Part shown: piece after piece, positions 17,302-24,543 of the stretch | Position numbering within the stretch: position 1 is the first letter of the stretch | Layout of the letters: every line of letters begins with the position of its first letter | Origin: a virus | Length of the DNA: 35,622 nucleotides | Strand: one strand, 5' to 3' | Virus record (IMG/VR): IMGVR_UViG_3300050821_016113 | Span: 1 to 35,622 of that record | Translations under genes and position numbers: made by a program | Notes under the pieces: generated by a model | Seen by the model: the letters and a program-made list of their open reading frames with translations, nothing else | Database searches by the model: none | What the model was told of the DNA's origin: nothing

Positions 17302-17327
17302 ATAACGAATTAAAAAAAAGGATAGCC

Positions 17328-18101
17328 ATGCCAGGTGGAAACGTTGCAAGCGGCTTCTTCAATCCAAGATCACGAGCTTTAGGTTCATCTGCTAATGCAT
17401 CTCCCATGGCAATGCCGGGGGCAAATACGGGCGCACAACCTACGATGGCTCAAAATCTCCAGCAGACTTTGTCACAAAATATCTCGCCTGAATACCAACT
17501 GTTTCAGGTTCCTAAATATACTCCTCAGGGCATGGGTGCTTTAGAGCAATTAACAAAATCTGGGCTTGAAGGGCTTCCTAATTTAGGGAATCTTAGCTTT
17601 GAACCGATTGCACAAGCAGCACGTGGCCAATTTAAAGAAGATGTTTTGCCTCAAATATATGAAGCTTTTAGCGCACGCGCTGGAGGTCAACGTGGTTACG
17701 GCAGCGCTCTTCCAAATGCAACGGAAAAAGCCCGGGCTGGGCTTGAATTGGGTCTTGCGGGTCAAAGATCTAATTTTGAACTTGCAAGGCATCGTGGTCT
17801 TTTAAGTCAATTAGAGCTTGGGCTCAAAGCACCATATGAAACAGCATTTGCACCTAATACGCCAGCGGGCCCTTCTTGGAAGGAGCAGTTGACTCAAGGA
17901 GCAGGAAACTTTGCCGGAGATGTTCTAAAATTAGCTGGGACACAAGCTACGCAAAGTTTCTTACAGGATCCAGCCGGTACTATTAAAAATATTACTAGTA
18001 TTGTAGCCCTTTTTGGAAGTCCTCAAGCTGCATTAGCAGCCGGTGCCCTCACTACATTTGGCGTTGCGCTTTATAACCTTTTTGCTAATAGGAATGGCTA
18101 A
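17328..18101 (+). CDS. Low-complexity virion protein (possible internal/ejection protein)
   Basis: 257 aa, A/G/Q-rich, located after the nozzle-like gene as in T7-type order. Confidence 0.5.
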   Translation: MPGGNVASGFFNPRSRALGSSANASPMAMPGANTGAQPTMAQNLQQTLSQNISPEYQLFQVPKYTPQGMGALEQLTKSGLEGLPNLGNLSFEPIAQAARGQFKEDVLPQIYEAFSARAGGQRGYGSALPNATEKARAGLELGLAGQRSNFELARHRGLLSQLELGLKAPYETAFAPNTPAGPSWKEQLTQGAGNFAGDVLKLAGTQATQSFLQDPAGTIKNITSIVALFGSPQAALAAGALTTFGVALYNLFANRNG

Positions 18102-19258
18102 TGGCTATATTATTACCTGCCGTTGAAAAACGTCCTCAATATGGCTTTTTAAGCGGTTTATCTAATAGTCTTTCACAAGGATTAGCAGGCGCTGCACAAT
18201 CTCAATTTGACCAATTTCAGCAAAGACGCCAACAAGAAGCTAAAAGAGAATCATTAAGAAAAATTGGTGTTCCTGAGTCTTTATCTGAATATATTCTCAA
18301 TCTGTCTCCTTCTGAACAGTTTGAAGCTTTAGGCCAATATGTTGGCGGTCAAGAATCACAACCAGGCCAAGAATTTTTAAGTTCTCTCAGTGGAGAATTG
18401 GCCCCTCAGCAACAACAATCCCCACAACCACAAGGCCAAGTTGCAGATATATTGGGTGCTCTTGGAGGTTCTCAACAGGCAAAAGGATTAGAATCCCTAC
18501 TATCTCCCCCACAACAAAAGCAATTAAGATTCCAACAACAATTTGGCGTAGCGCCACAAGCAGCTGCTCCTCAACCAAAAGTTCCTGAAGTTCCGGCACA
18601 GCAAGCGTCTCAACCACAACTATCTGAAGAACAGAAATTCTTCAAACAATTGGCGCGTGGAAAAGCAGAAGCAGGTGCTGGAAAAGTTGGTGCAAAAGGG
18701 GCATTAGAGAAGAAATGGCCAGTAAAAGTGATTGAACAAGCTAACAAAGCTATTGATACTGCTGATCAAATAGAATCAATCGTTGATGAAATGGATCAAC
18801 TCTTGCAAATGAAAGACGAAGAAGGCAATTATCAGGTAGCCAGCGAATCCTTATGGCCAGAATACTTTCAAAATGAGACAACACAACGATTCATTACCTT
18901 GGGCAATGAATTGGCCGCTCTTGAAGCAACACGTGGTGGTACGGCTTCGGTGTTTAAAATTAAACTTACTCAGCAAATGAAACCAAATCCTAAACAAAAA
19001 CGTGGAGCTCAAATTGCAGCACTCGGTCGTGCCAAAAAAGTTGGCCAAGAATTCAGATCTGCCGGACAACGCATATTAGGATCCTCAGAAGAAGGATCTC
19101 CCCAAGAACAACAAGTAGCACCACAAACACGTGAAGATAAATTTTTAGATCAACTACCGCCAGCAAACCAGGCTAAAATTGGTAAACCTTATAGGAATAC
19201 AGAAACAGGCCAGGTTGCTATAAGTGATGGCAAAAAATGGACTCTACAAAGGAGCTGA
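18101..19258 (+). CDS. Q/P/A-rich virion protein (possible internal/ejection protein)
   Basis: 385 aa; ATGG overlap with the previous stop. Confidence 0.5.
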   Translation: MAILLPAVEKRPQYGFLSGLSNSLSQGLAGAAQSQFDQFQQRRQQEAKRESLRKIGVPESLSEYILNLSPSEQFEALGQYVGGQESQPGQEFLSSLSGELAPQQQQSPQPQGQVADILGALGGSQQAKGLESLLSPPQQKQLRFQQQFGVAPQAAAPQPKVPEVPAQQASQPQLSEEQKFFKQLARGKAEAGAGKVGAKGALEKKWPVKVIEQANKAIDTADQIESIVDEMDQLLQMKDEEGNYQVASESLWPEYFQNETTQRFITLGNELAALEATRGGTASVFKIKLTQQMKPNPKQKRGAQIAALGRAKKVGQEFRSAGQRILGSSEEGSPQEQQVAPQTREDKFLDQLPPANQAKIGKPYRNTETGQVAISDGKKWTLQRS

Positions 19259-19259
19259 A

Positions 19260-20567
19260 ATGCCTTGGGAATTGCTTGAAGACGAAACTCCATCAACTGG
19301 TTTAACACAACCTGGTGCTCAACCAAAACAGCGTACAATGGCTGGTGCAATTGCAAGTGTTCCAGCTCGCGTTGCTGAAACAACCTTAGGATTTCCAGGA
19401 GATGTTGCATCTCTTGGTGGTAATCTTCTCGTTGGTGGATTGAAGAAACTCGATCCTAAATTCTTTGGGAAATATTTACCTGATTTTGTAAACCCACTTC
19501 CTACAAGTGAACAATTGCGTGGTGTAACAAAAGCTGCTACCGGAGGAGCATTAGAACCAACATCTGCTCGAGGCAGAAGTGCTGATGACTTCATTACTAC
19601 TTTGACGCAATTAGCATTACCACTAAAATATGGCGGCGCTGGAACTAAAGAAGCATTGGGTAAAGCAGCAAAAATAGCTGGTCTAGGTACTGCTGCAAAA
19701 TCTTTTTCAAGAGAAGTGCTTGGATTGAGTGAAGGTAAATCGGAAGCAATTAAATTGGGAACGATATTAGCATCTTCAATCGGCACTGGCATTATTGATA
19801 AAGCAGCTTCGAAAGCATATGAACCAGCTAATGCAATGCGTGAAGGCATATACTTGGAATCAAAACCTGCTTATGAAAAGTTAACTGCTTTGAGAGATTC
19901 AGTTAAAGAAAAATCTTTCCCCCGCAAAAATGATGTCCTCGATATAATTGATACAGCCCGCGATTCATTAAGAGATAACACAGGTCTTTTAAGGGCAGAT
20001 TATAAAAAGGTTTGGGAAGCAACCAAGGCTTCTGATGATTGGTATAATGAACTAAGTGGAACAGCGCGAAGCAAGTTTCGCCAAGCCCAAAAGATCCTCA
20101 GAGATGATTTCCTTTATAAAGCATCCGAACTTGTGCGTGATCCACTAATGAAGGCTGAGTTAGAGCCAGTAGCTCGTGGATTAAAAGTTGGCGATGATTT
20201 ATGGAGAGATATCCGTAATCAACGAACATTAAGTGATCGTATTGGGAAGTACGTTACCTTACGAAATACTGCCATTGGTGGTCTTGGGAGTGGTGTATTA
20301 GGAGTGTTGCCTTATTTTGGTATCCCAACTGGTGCATTTGGAGCAGCAGGCGCCGGAGCGATTTTGGGAGCTACAGGGGTTCAACAAGCAGCAAAAGTTA
20401 TTGAGCCATTCTTAAAGAGTAAACCTATTCGTAATGCTTATTACGAAGTATGGAAGGCTGCTGGACAGCAAAACGCTGTTGCAACCGTTAATGGCTTGAA
20501 GAAGTTCTCTAAGGTATTGAAAAAAGAAGCACCAGAATTAGCTGGTCAATGGGAAGTTCCTGAATAG
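19260..20567 (+). CDS. Possible internal/ejection protein with C-terminal Gly/Ala hydrophobic segment (the track starts at 19224; ATG 19260 is preferred)
   Basis: SD aaaggag lies before ATG 19260, just after the upstream stop. Hydrophobic segment IGGLGSGVLGVLPYFGIPTGAFGAAGAGAILGA. Confidence 0.5.
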   Translation: MPWELLEDETPSTGLTQPGAQPKQRTMAGAIASVPARVAETTLGFPGDVASLGGNLLVGGLKKLDPKFFGKYLPDFVNPLPTSEQLRGVTKAATGGALEPTSARGRSADDFITTLTQLALPLKYGGAGTKEALGKAAKIAGLGTAAKSFSREVLGLSEGKSEAIKLGTILASSIGTGIIDKAASKAYEPANAMREGIYLESKPAYEKLTALRDSVKEKSFPRKNDVLDIIDTARDSLRDNTGLLRADYKKVWEATKASDDWYNELSGTARSKFRQAQKILRDDFLYKASELVRDPLMKAELEPVARGLKVGDDLWRDIRNQRTLSDRIGKYVTLRNTAIGGLGSGVLGVLPYFGIPTGAFGAAGAGAILGATGVQQAAKVIEPFLKSKPIRNAYYEVWKAAGQQNAVATVNGLKKFSKVLKKEAPELAGQWEVPE

Positions 20568-20572
20568 CTTTA

Positions 20573-20749
20573 TTATTCTTCTTTTAAAGAATCGATATAA
20601 GCTTGAGGGACTGACTCCATAAGTTTTTCCTCAAGAAAATAATGACCCACCATGATAATTAAACAGGTTACGAATAAACCTGCTGCCTCTCTTGGAAAGC
20701 CAAAACAAAATACAGCTACTGAATATACGAATGCATCCAAAAATTTCAT
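20573..20749 (-). CDS. Mini membrane protein, 2 TM (58 aa; the track gives an 87-aa version from 20836)
   Basis: SD aaggga lies before MKFLDAFVYSVAVFCFGF...LFVTCLIIMVGHYF. The shorter start avoids overlap with the upstream mini-ORF. Confidence 0.45.
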   Translation of the reverse strand: MKFLDAFVYSVAVFCFGFPREAAGLFVTCLIIMVGHYFLEEKLMESVPQAYIDSLKEE

Positions 20750-20775
20750 AATATCCCTTGTTCTATCTTTGTCTT

Positions 20776-20913
20776 TTAGTCCCAAAGTATGCTGATAAAC
20801 AGAAGAAGCATACATAAAACCATAAACGTCATACAATAGCTTAAAAAAACTCCGTCAGCCATTAAAAACAGGCCCTTCTTAACAATCCGATACCTATTAA
20901 AATAAAGAGACAT
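20776..20913 (-). CDS. Mini membrane protein, 1 TM (45 aa)
   Basis: MSLYFNRYRIVKKGLFLMADGVFLSYCMTFMVLCMLLLFISILWD; weak RBS. Confidence 0.3.
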   Translation of the reverse strand: MSLYFNRYRIVKKGLFLMADGVFLSYCMTFMVLCMLLLFISILWD

Positions 20914-20935
20914 CCAAAAATAAATTCTATAAAGC

Positions 20936-21025
20936 TCATCGTCTTTCTCTAAGAAAAATATTAATCGCAAAAGCTACTAAAGCGATCAGTGCCCATTGAA
21001 TAGCAAAGCGTATTAAGACGTCCAT
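20936..21025 (-). CDS. Mini membrane protein, 1 TM (29 aa)
   Basis: Hand translation gives MDVLIRFAIQWALIALVAFAINIFLRERR*, with SD ggaaggga upstream. Confidence 0.4.
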   Translation of the reverse strand: MDVLIRFAIQWALIALVAFAINIFLRERR

Positions 21026-21037
21026 AAATTCCCTTCC

Positions 21038-21130
21038 CTAAGAATCGTTATACCAATGATCGATTACGATTCCCCCTATAATCACCCCGATTAATAGTCC
21101 CGCCCATAAGCCTATTAATACCTTCGGCAT
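21038..21130 (-). CDS. Mini membrane protein, 1 TM (30 aa)
   Basis: Hand translation gives MPKVLIGLWAGLLIGVIIGGIVIDHWYNDS*, starting 2 nt after the upstream stop. Confidence 0.4.
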   Translation of the reverse strand: MPKVLIGLWAGLLIGVIIGGIVIDHWYNDS

Positions 21131-21132
21131 AA

Positions 21133-21351
21133 TTAATTGAACGTAAAGTACAGAATAGTGGCACCATACAGGATAATTAAGCCAAACAAGACAATTTCAT
21201 GCCAATGTATGTTTAAATATTTTTGCTTGGTATGTGCCCCATATTGTTTTAAGTAATAGCTATAGCACTTTCTTGAACAATACTTAGCATCCAGCCGCTT
21301 TCTGTCTTTTATTTCAAACTCCATATGACATACTCTACATGTTTTCTTCAT
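21133..21351 (-). CDS. Zinc-ribbon protein with C-terminal TM anchor (72 aa)
   Basis: CRVC...x13...CSRKC followed by IVLFGLIILYGATILYFTF; ATGA overlap with the upstream RHH gene. Confidence 0.6.
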   Translation of the reverse strand: MKKTCRVCHMEFEIKDRKRLDAKYCSRKCYSYYLKQYGAHTKQKYLNIHWHEIVLFGLIILYGATILYFTFN

Positions 21352-21527
21352 TCTCGTGGTTGTCCACCGTGGTTATGCTCTTCGGTTAAAAGAGCTTCAG
21401 TTAATACTCTCAATACCCATAACCGTATAGTAATATTTCTGAATGACGCTCTTAAGCGTATACGATGATGCATGTTCTCATCGATTTCAACAGTGAGCCT
21501 TTTAGGCCCCTTTCTTTTCTTTTTCAT
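21348..21527 (-). CDS. Ribbon-helix-helix (Arc/CopG-like) DNA-binding protein, 59 aa, below the ORF-track cutoff
   Basis: Hand translation gives MKKKRKGPKRLTVEIDENMHHRIRLRASFRNITIRLWVLRVLTEALLTEEHNHGGQPRE*. The pattern is beta-strand, helix, turn, helix. SD agaggga upstream. Confidence 0.6.
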   Translation of the reverse strand: MKKKRKGPKRLTVEIDENMHHRIRLRASFRNITIRLWVLRVLTEALLTEEHNHGGQPRE

Positions 21528-21548
21528 AGTATTCCCTCTCTTTCACCT

Positions 21549-21582
21549 ACATTACTACATTTGTAGCTAATTAACAAGAGAA
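21549..21582 (-). promoter_or_regulatory. Leftward sigma70-like promoter (TTGTTA-17-TAATGT on minus) with palindrome ACTACATTTGTAG in the spacer; element copy A
   Basis: The -35 is at 21572-21577, the -10 at 21549-21554 and the palindrome at 21554-21566. The block ACTACAWWTGTAG-N8-CAAGAGAA is shared with 32101-32129. Confidence 0.55.
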
Positions 21583-21652
21583 TTTGCTTTTAAATACGCA
21601 CTGTTGTTTGCTGATACCAGTCTAAAAATTCACTACAAATTTAGGAGAAATA

Positions 21653-23023
21653 ATGGCTTTTAGAATATCCAACAAGCCCAGAGCGTATGGGATTGGTTCA
21701 CCTTTAATAGATTTAGCCCCTCGTCCGATATTGGCTTTAAGGCCACCGACAATAAGCGACTCTGGTGAAATAGGAACCGTATGGATTGATCAAAATGCTA
21801 ATACCTTTTACTTCTTAACAAGCGTTGTTGCTGGTCAAGCCCATTGGTCTACCGCACCCGCAGTTAGTATCACTATCACTGGTAACACTGGTGGTCCTTT
21901 AACAGGTAGTAGCTTTACTTTCCATGGAGGATCGACAGGGCTTTCGTTTGGTGGATCAGGAAGTACAGAAACGCTTACTTTTGCGGGTATAACTGCTAAC
22001 GGTGGCACCGTTAATTTAGCAACTGATGCTACAGCGAGCACCCTCAATATTGGTACAGGTGCCGGCGCGAAAACATTAAATTTAGGATCTACAAATACTA
22101 CTTCCACTACTACAATTAACTCGGGCAGTGGTGGCATCAACATGCCGCAGTTTACTGAAGGAGCTCTTGTTACGAGTTCTTCTGGGAAACTTTCTTCTGT
22201 TGATGGAACTGCTGGATTTGTACTTACCGCAAATGCACCAGGAACTGCGCCGTCTTTCCAAGCGGCAACAGGTGGTGGCATTACGATTACTGGCGATACT
22301 GGTGGCCCAATAACAAGTGCAAGCTTTACGTTGGCCGGTGGTACTACTGGTTTGGAGTTTAATGGTGCTGGCACTACTGAGACGCTGAGCTTTTCAGGTA
22401 TTACGGCTAATGGCGGTGCAGTGGCCTTATCTACTGATGCTGTATTAGGAAGTGTAGATATTGGTACTGGCGCTGCGGTAAAAACAGTGGTTATTGGTTC
22501 TACTAACACAACAAGCTCAACAGCAATCCATTCTGGTTCTGGCAATGTTGTGCTTAATGCCGGTCTGACAGTAAATAGCACAGGGATAATGACCAACGCT
22601 CAGCAACCAGCGTTCTCAGCTAAACAGGCGGCAGAAGAAACAAATGCAACAGGTGATGGTACTTTGGCGACAGTTAGAGCTACGGCATTCTTTGATCAAG
22701 GTTCCAACTACGATCAACCATCAGGTGCTTTCACAGCCCCAGTGACAGGGCGTTACTTCTTCACTATGGCAGTGCAAATATCACATCTTGATGCAAGTTT
22801 CACTGAAGGCTTTGTACAACTAACAGCAACTTCAAGAAGCATTTTCGGTAACGTAATAAATATCGGTGCGGTAAGAGCTGGCATTGATGCTGGTATGGAA
22901 TTGAGTGGATTTATAGATATGTCTGCAGGCGATACTTGTTTGGCACAAGTTACCGTAAGTGGTGGTACTCAAACACTTTCTATATCTGCGAACTCATACT
23001 TCTCTGGATTCTTAGTTTGCTAA
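21653..23023 (+). CDS. Tail fibre with two ~137-aa Gly/Thr-rich modules and a C-terminal C1q/TNF-like globular domain
   Basis: The C-terminus PAFSAK...FD.GSNYD..SGAFTAPVTGRYFFTMAV...SAGD...SYFSGFLVC matches the gC1q signature. Confidence 0.75.
   Translation: MAFRISNKPRAYGIGSPLIDLAPRPILALRPPTISDSGEIGTVWIDQNANTFYFLTSVVAGQAHWSTAPAVSITITGNTGGPLTGSSFTFHGGSTGLSFGGSGSTETLTFAGITANGGTVNLATDATASTLNIGTGAGAKTLNLGSTNTTSTTTINSGSGGINMPQFTEGALVTSSSGKLSSVDGTAGFVLTANAPGTAPSFQAATGGGITITGDTGGPITSASFTLAGGTTGLEFNGAGTTETLSFSGITANGGAVALSTDAVLGSVDIGTGAAVKTVVIGSTNTTSSTAIHSGSGNVVLNAGLTVNSTGIMTNAQQPAFSAKQAAEETNATGDGTLATVRATAFFDQGSNYDQPSGAFTAPVTGRYFFTMAVQISHLDASFTEGFVQLTATSRSIFGNVINIGAVRAGIDAGMELSGFIDMSAGDTCLAQVTVSGGTQTLSISANSYFSGFLVC
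21869..22600 (+). repeat. Two tandem ~137-aa coding modules (ITITG[ND]TGGP...GTAPSFQA)
   Basis: Module 1 starts at 21869 and module 2 at 22280. They are related to the modules in 24533-26480. Confidence 0.8.
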
Positions 23024-23061
23024 CATGTTTCATCTTAGTTCTTAAGTGAAACCATGGTACT

Positions 23062-23094
23062 CTCCCCGTAGGAAAATCGACGCCCTACGGGGAG
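23062..23094 (+). terminator. Perfect 11-bp hairpin after the fibre gene (no clear T tract)
   Basis: ctccccgtagg ... cctacggggag. Confidence 0.45.
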
Positions 23095-23113
23095 AATTTA
23101 AAAAAGGAACAGC

Positions 23114-23449
23114 ATGGCAAAAGATTATATAAAAGCGCTGCCTATGACGGGCATCAATGCGAATACGCTTGGCGCTTTTCAGTTGATTACAAACGTTGCA
23201 GGTTTACCTGAACCGGCATTCTTTTTAAAGATCATTAACGATTCCACGGTATTTGTTGCCGTTAGTTATGATGGCGTTACGTTTAACGATTACATTCCGG
23301 CTCACGGAATTTTAGAGATTTATGCTCAAGCAGGACGTCAGCCGGGCAATAACCGCTGTTTATTCAAAAAAGGACAACAAGTTTGGGTTGGTAGTAACGG
23401 CGCGGGTGTAGGATCTGTCAACATAGTTGCCTATACAAACCAGGTTTAA
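23114..23449 (+). CDS. Small fibre-cluster protein (111 aa), paralogue 1
   Basis: Similar length and pattern to the next ORF (…N.T…S.DG……P..G.L……G..V……G.GSV…). Confidence 0.6.
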   Translation: MAKDYIKALPMTGINANTLGAFQLITNVAGLPEPAFFLKIINDSTVFVAVSYDGVTFNDYIPAHGILEIYAQAGRQPGNNRCLFKKGQQVWVGSNGAGVGSVNIVAYTNQV

Positions 23450-23458
23450 GGAGATTGC

Positions 23459-23797
23459 ATGTCACGTCCAATTAGAATTCTTCCTGAACCGGTCCGAACG
23501 TTAGGATTTGCATCTATTGGTGCTGGGTATATGGGAGTAGGTACTGCTATTAGTCATCCAGCACGCATACTATTTATTCAAAATCTAACCGACCAAACAC
23601 TCATGTTCTCGCTTAATGGTATTGATGATCATTTCCCCCTTCCAGGATCTGGATTCCTACTTCTTGATGTTACTGCAAACAAGATATTTCAAGCAGGGGC
23701 ATTTGTTTCTGAGGGAACCCGTTTGTATGTCAAAGATTTAGGCGTAGCTCCTGGTTCTGGATCTGTTTATTTCACCGTCTTTTATGGTGCTGAATAG
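23459..23797 (+). CDS. Small fibre-cluster protein (112 aa), paralogue 2
   Basis: See the previous entry; SD aaggag. Confidence 0.6.
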   Translation: MSRPIRILPEPVRTLGFASIGAGYMGVGTAISHPARILFIQNLTDQTLMFSLNGIDDHFPLPGSGFLLLDVTANKIFQAGAFVSEGTRLYVKDLGVAPGSGSVYFTVFYGAE

Positions 23798-23805
23798 GAG
23801 GAACT

Positions 23806-24315
23806 ATGTCCCAAGCGGGTCGTTTTGGAACTGGAGGCGGAGGTGGTGGCGGCGGGGCGACAACATTCAATGGTAATGTTGGTTCTGCTGCTCCTGTTGC
23901 CGGTGTCATTAATATTGTTGGTGCTGGTGTTATTTCAACGGTTGGTGCTGGCGATACGATTACGATCAGTGATGCCGGAGGCGGCGGATTTATGTGGAAT
24001 GAAGTTCTCATTCCGGCGCAGAATATGGCATCTAATAATGGTTATGTAGCCAATGATGCGGTACTCGTAACGTTAACATTGCCAGCAGCATCAGTCCTCG
24101 GAGATATTTTAGAAGTTACTGGAAAAGGAGCAGGCGGATGGTCAATCGCTCAAGGAGCTGGACAACAAATAAACTTTGGTGCGGCATCTACAACAGTTGG
24201 AGTAGGTGGAAGCCTTTCTTCTACTTTACGGTTCGATTCAGTTCGACTCGTTTGTATAACTGCGAATCTGGAATGGAATGTGTTATCTGCTGTTGGTAAT
24301 TTAGCGGTTGTGTAA
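23806..24315 (+). CDS. Short fibre-like protein with N-terminal poly-Gly module
   Basis: GGGGGGGGATTFNGNVGSAAPVAGVINIVGAGVISTVGAGDTITI aligns with residues ~74-115 of the 27169 protein. Confidence 0.6.
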   Translation: MSQAGRFGTGGGGGGGGATTFNGNVGSAAPVAGVINIVGAGVISTVGAGDTITISDAGGGGFMWNEVLIPAQNMASNNGYVANDAVLVTLTLPAASVLGDILEVTGKGAGGWSIAQGAGQQINFGAASTTVGVGGSLSSTLRFDSVRLVCITANLEWNVLSAVGNLAVV

Positions 24316-24324
24316 GGAGAAACT

Positions 24325-24543
24325 ATGGATCTTTCAAATTTAAATATCCCTTCATGGGCTAAATATGTGGGATTACTACTCCTGGTTGTTCTTGCTGTCG
24401 CTTCCCAATTCGTAGGTCCTTTTAAGGGTAGTTCTTCAAATCCAGTAGAAATAGTCGCAGAAGATGCAATAAAAGAAGAAACCGGATTATCCGTTAATTT
24501 AGATCTTTATCCATCAACTGCAGGAACATCCAATGGCAACTAA
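24325..24543 (+). CDS. Small single-TM protein inside the fibre cluster (72 aa)
   Basis: AKYVGLLLLVVLAVASQFVG hydrophobic helix; SD aaggag. Confidence 0.55.
   Translation: MDLSNLNIPSWAKYVGLLLLVVLAVASQFVGPFKGSSSNPVEIVAEDAIKEETGLSVNLDLYPSTAGTSNGN

Noticed and set aside
19319-19849. 176-aa minus-strand ORF inside the third internal-protein gene, plus similar ones at 18387-18617 and 10577-10894
   Set aside because: They are antisense to Ala/Gly-rich coding sequence, and have no RBS and no independent intergenic context.
20776-20970. 64-aa TTG-initiated ORF from the track, and the 87-aa version of 20573-20836
   Set aside because: The long versions overlap each other and the 29-aa mini-ORF in different frames. 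Shorter ATG-initiated versions (20913 and 20749, the latter with an SD) give a non-overlapping chain. This remains uncertain.
21835-22596. 253-aa minus-strand ORF antisense to the C1q fibre gene
   Set aside because: It lies entirely inside the Gly/Thr/Ala-rich repeat region. GGT/ACT/GCT-type codons have stop-free reverse complements. The product is a monotonous P/V/A string, and there is no RBS. It is a compositional shadow ORF.
23832-23858. Poly-glycine tracts (also 26577-26600, 26637-26660, 27391-27405) as slipped-strand phase-variation sites
   Set aside because: At DNA level they are mixed GGA/GGC/GGT/GGG codons (ggaggcggaggtggtggcggcgggg), not a homopolymer or a perfect short tandem repeat. 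Slippage-prone behaviour is not supported.
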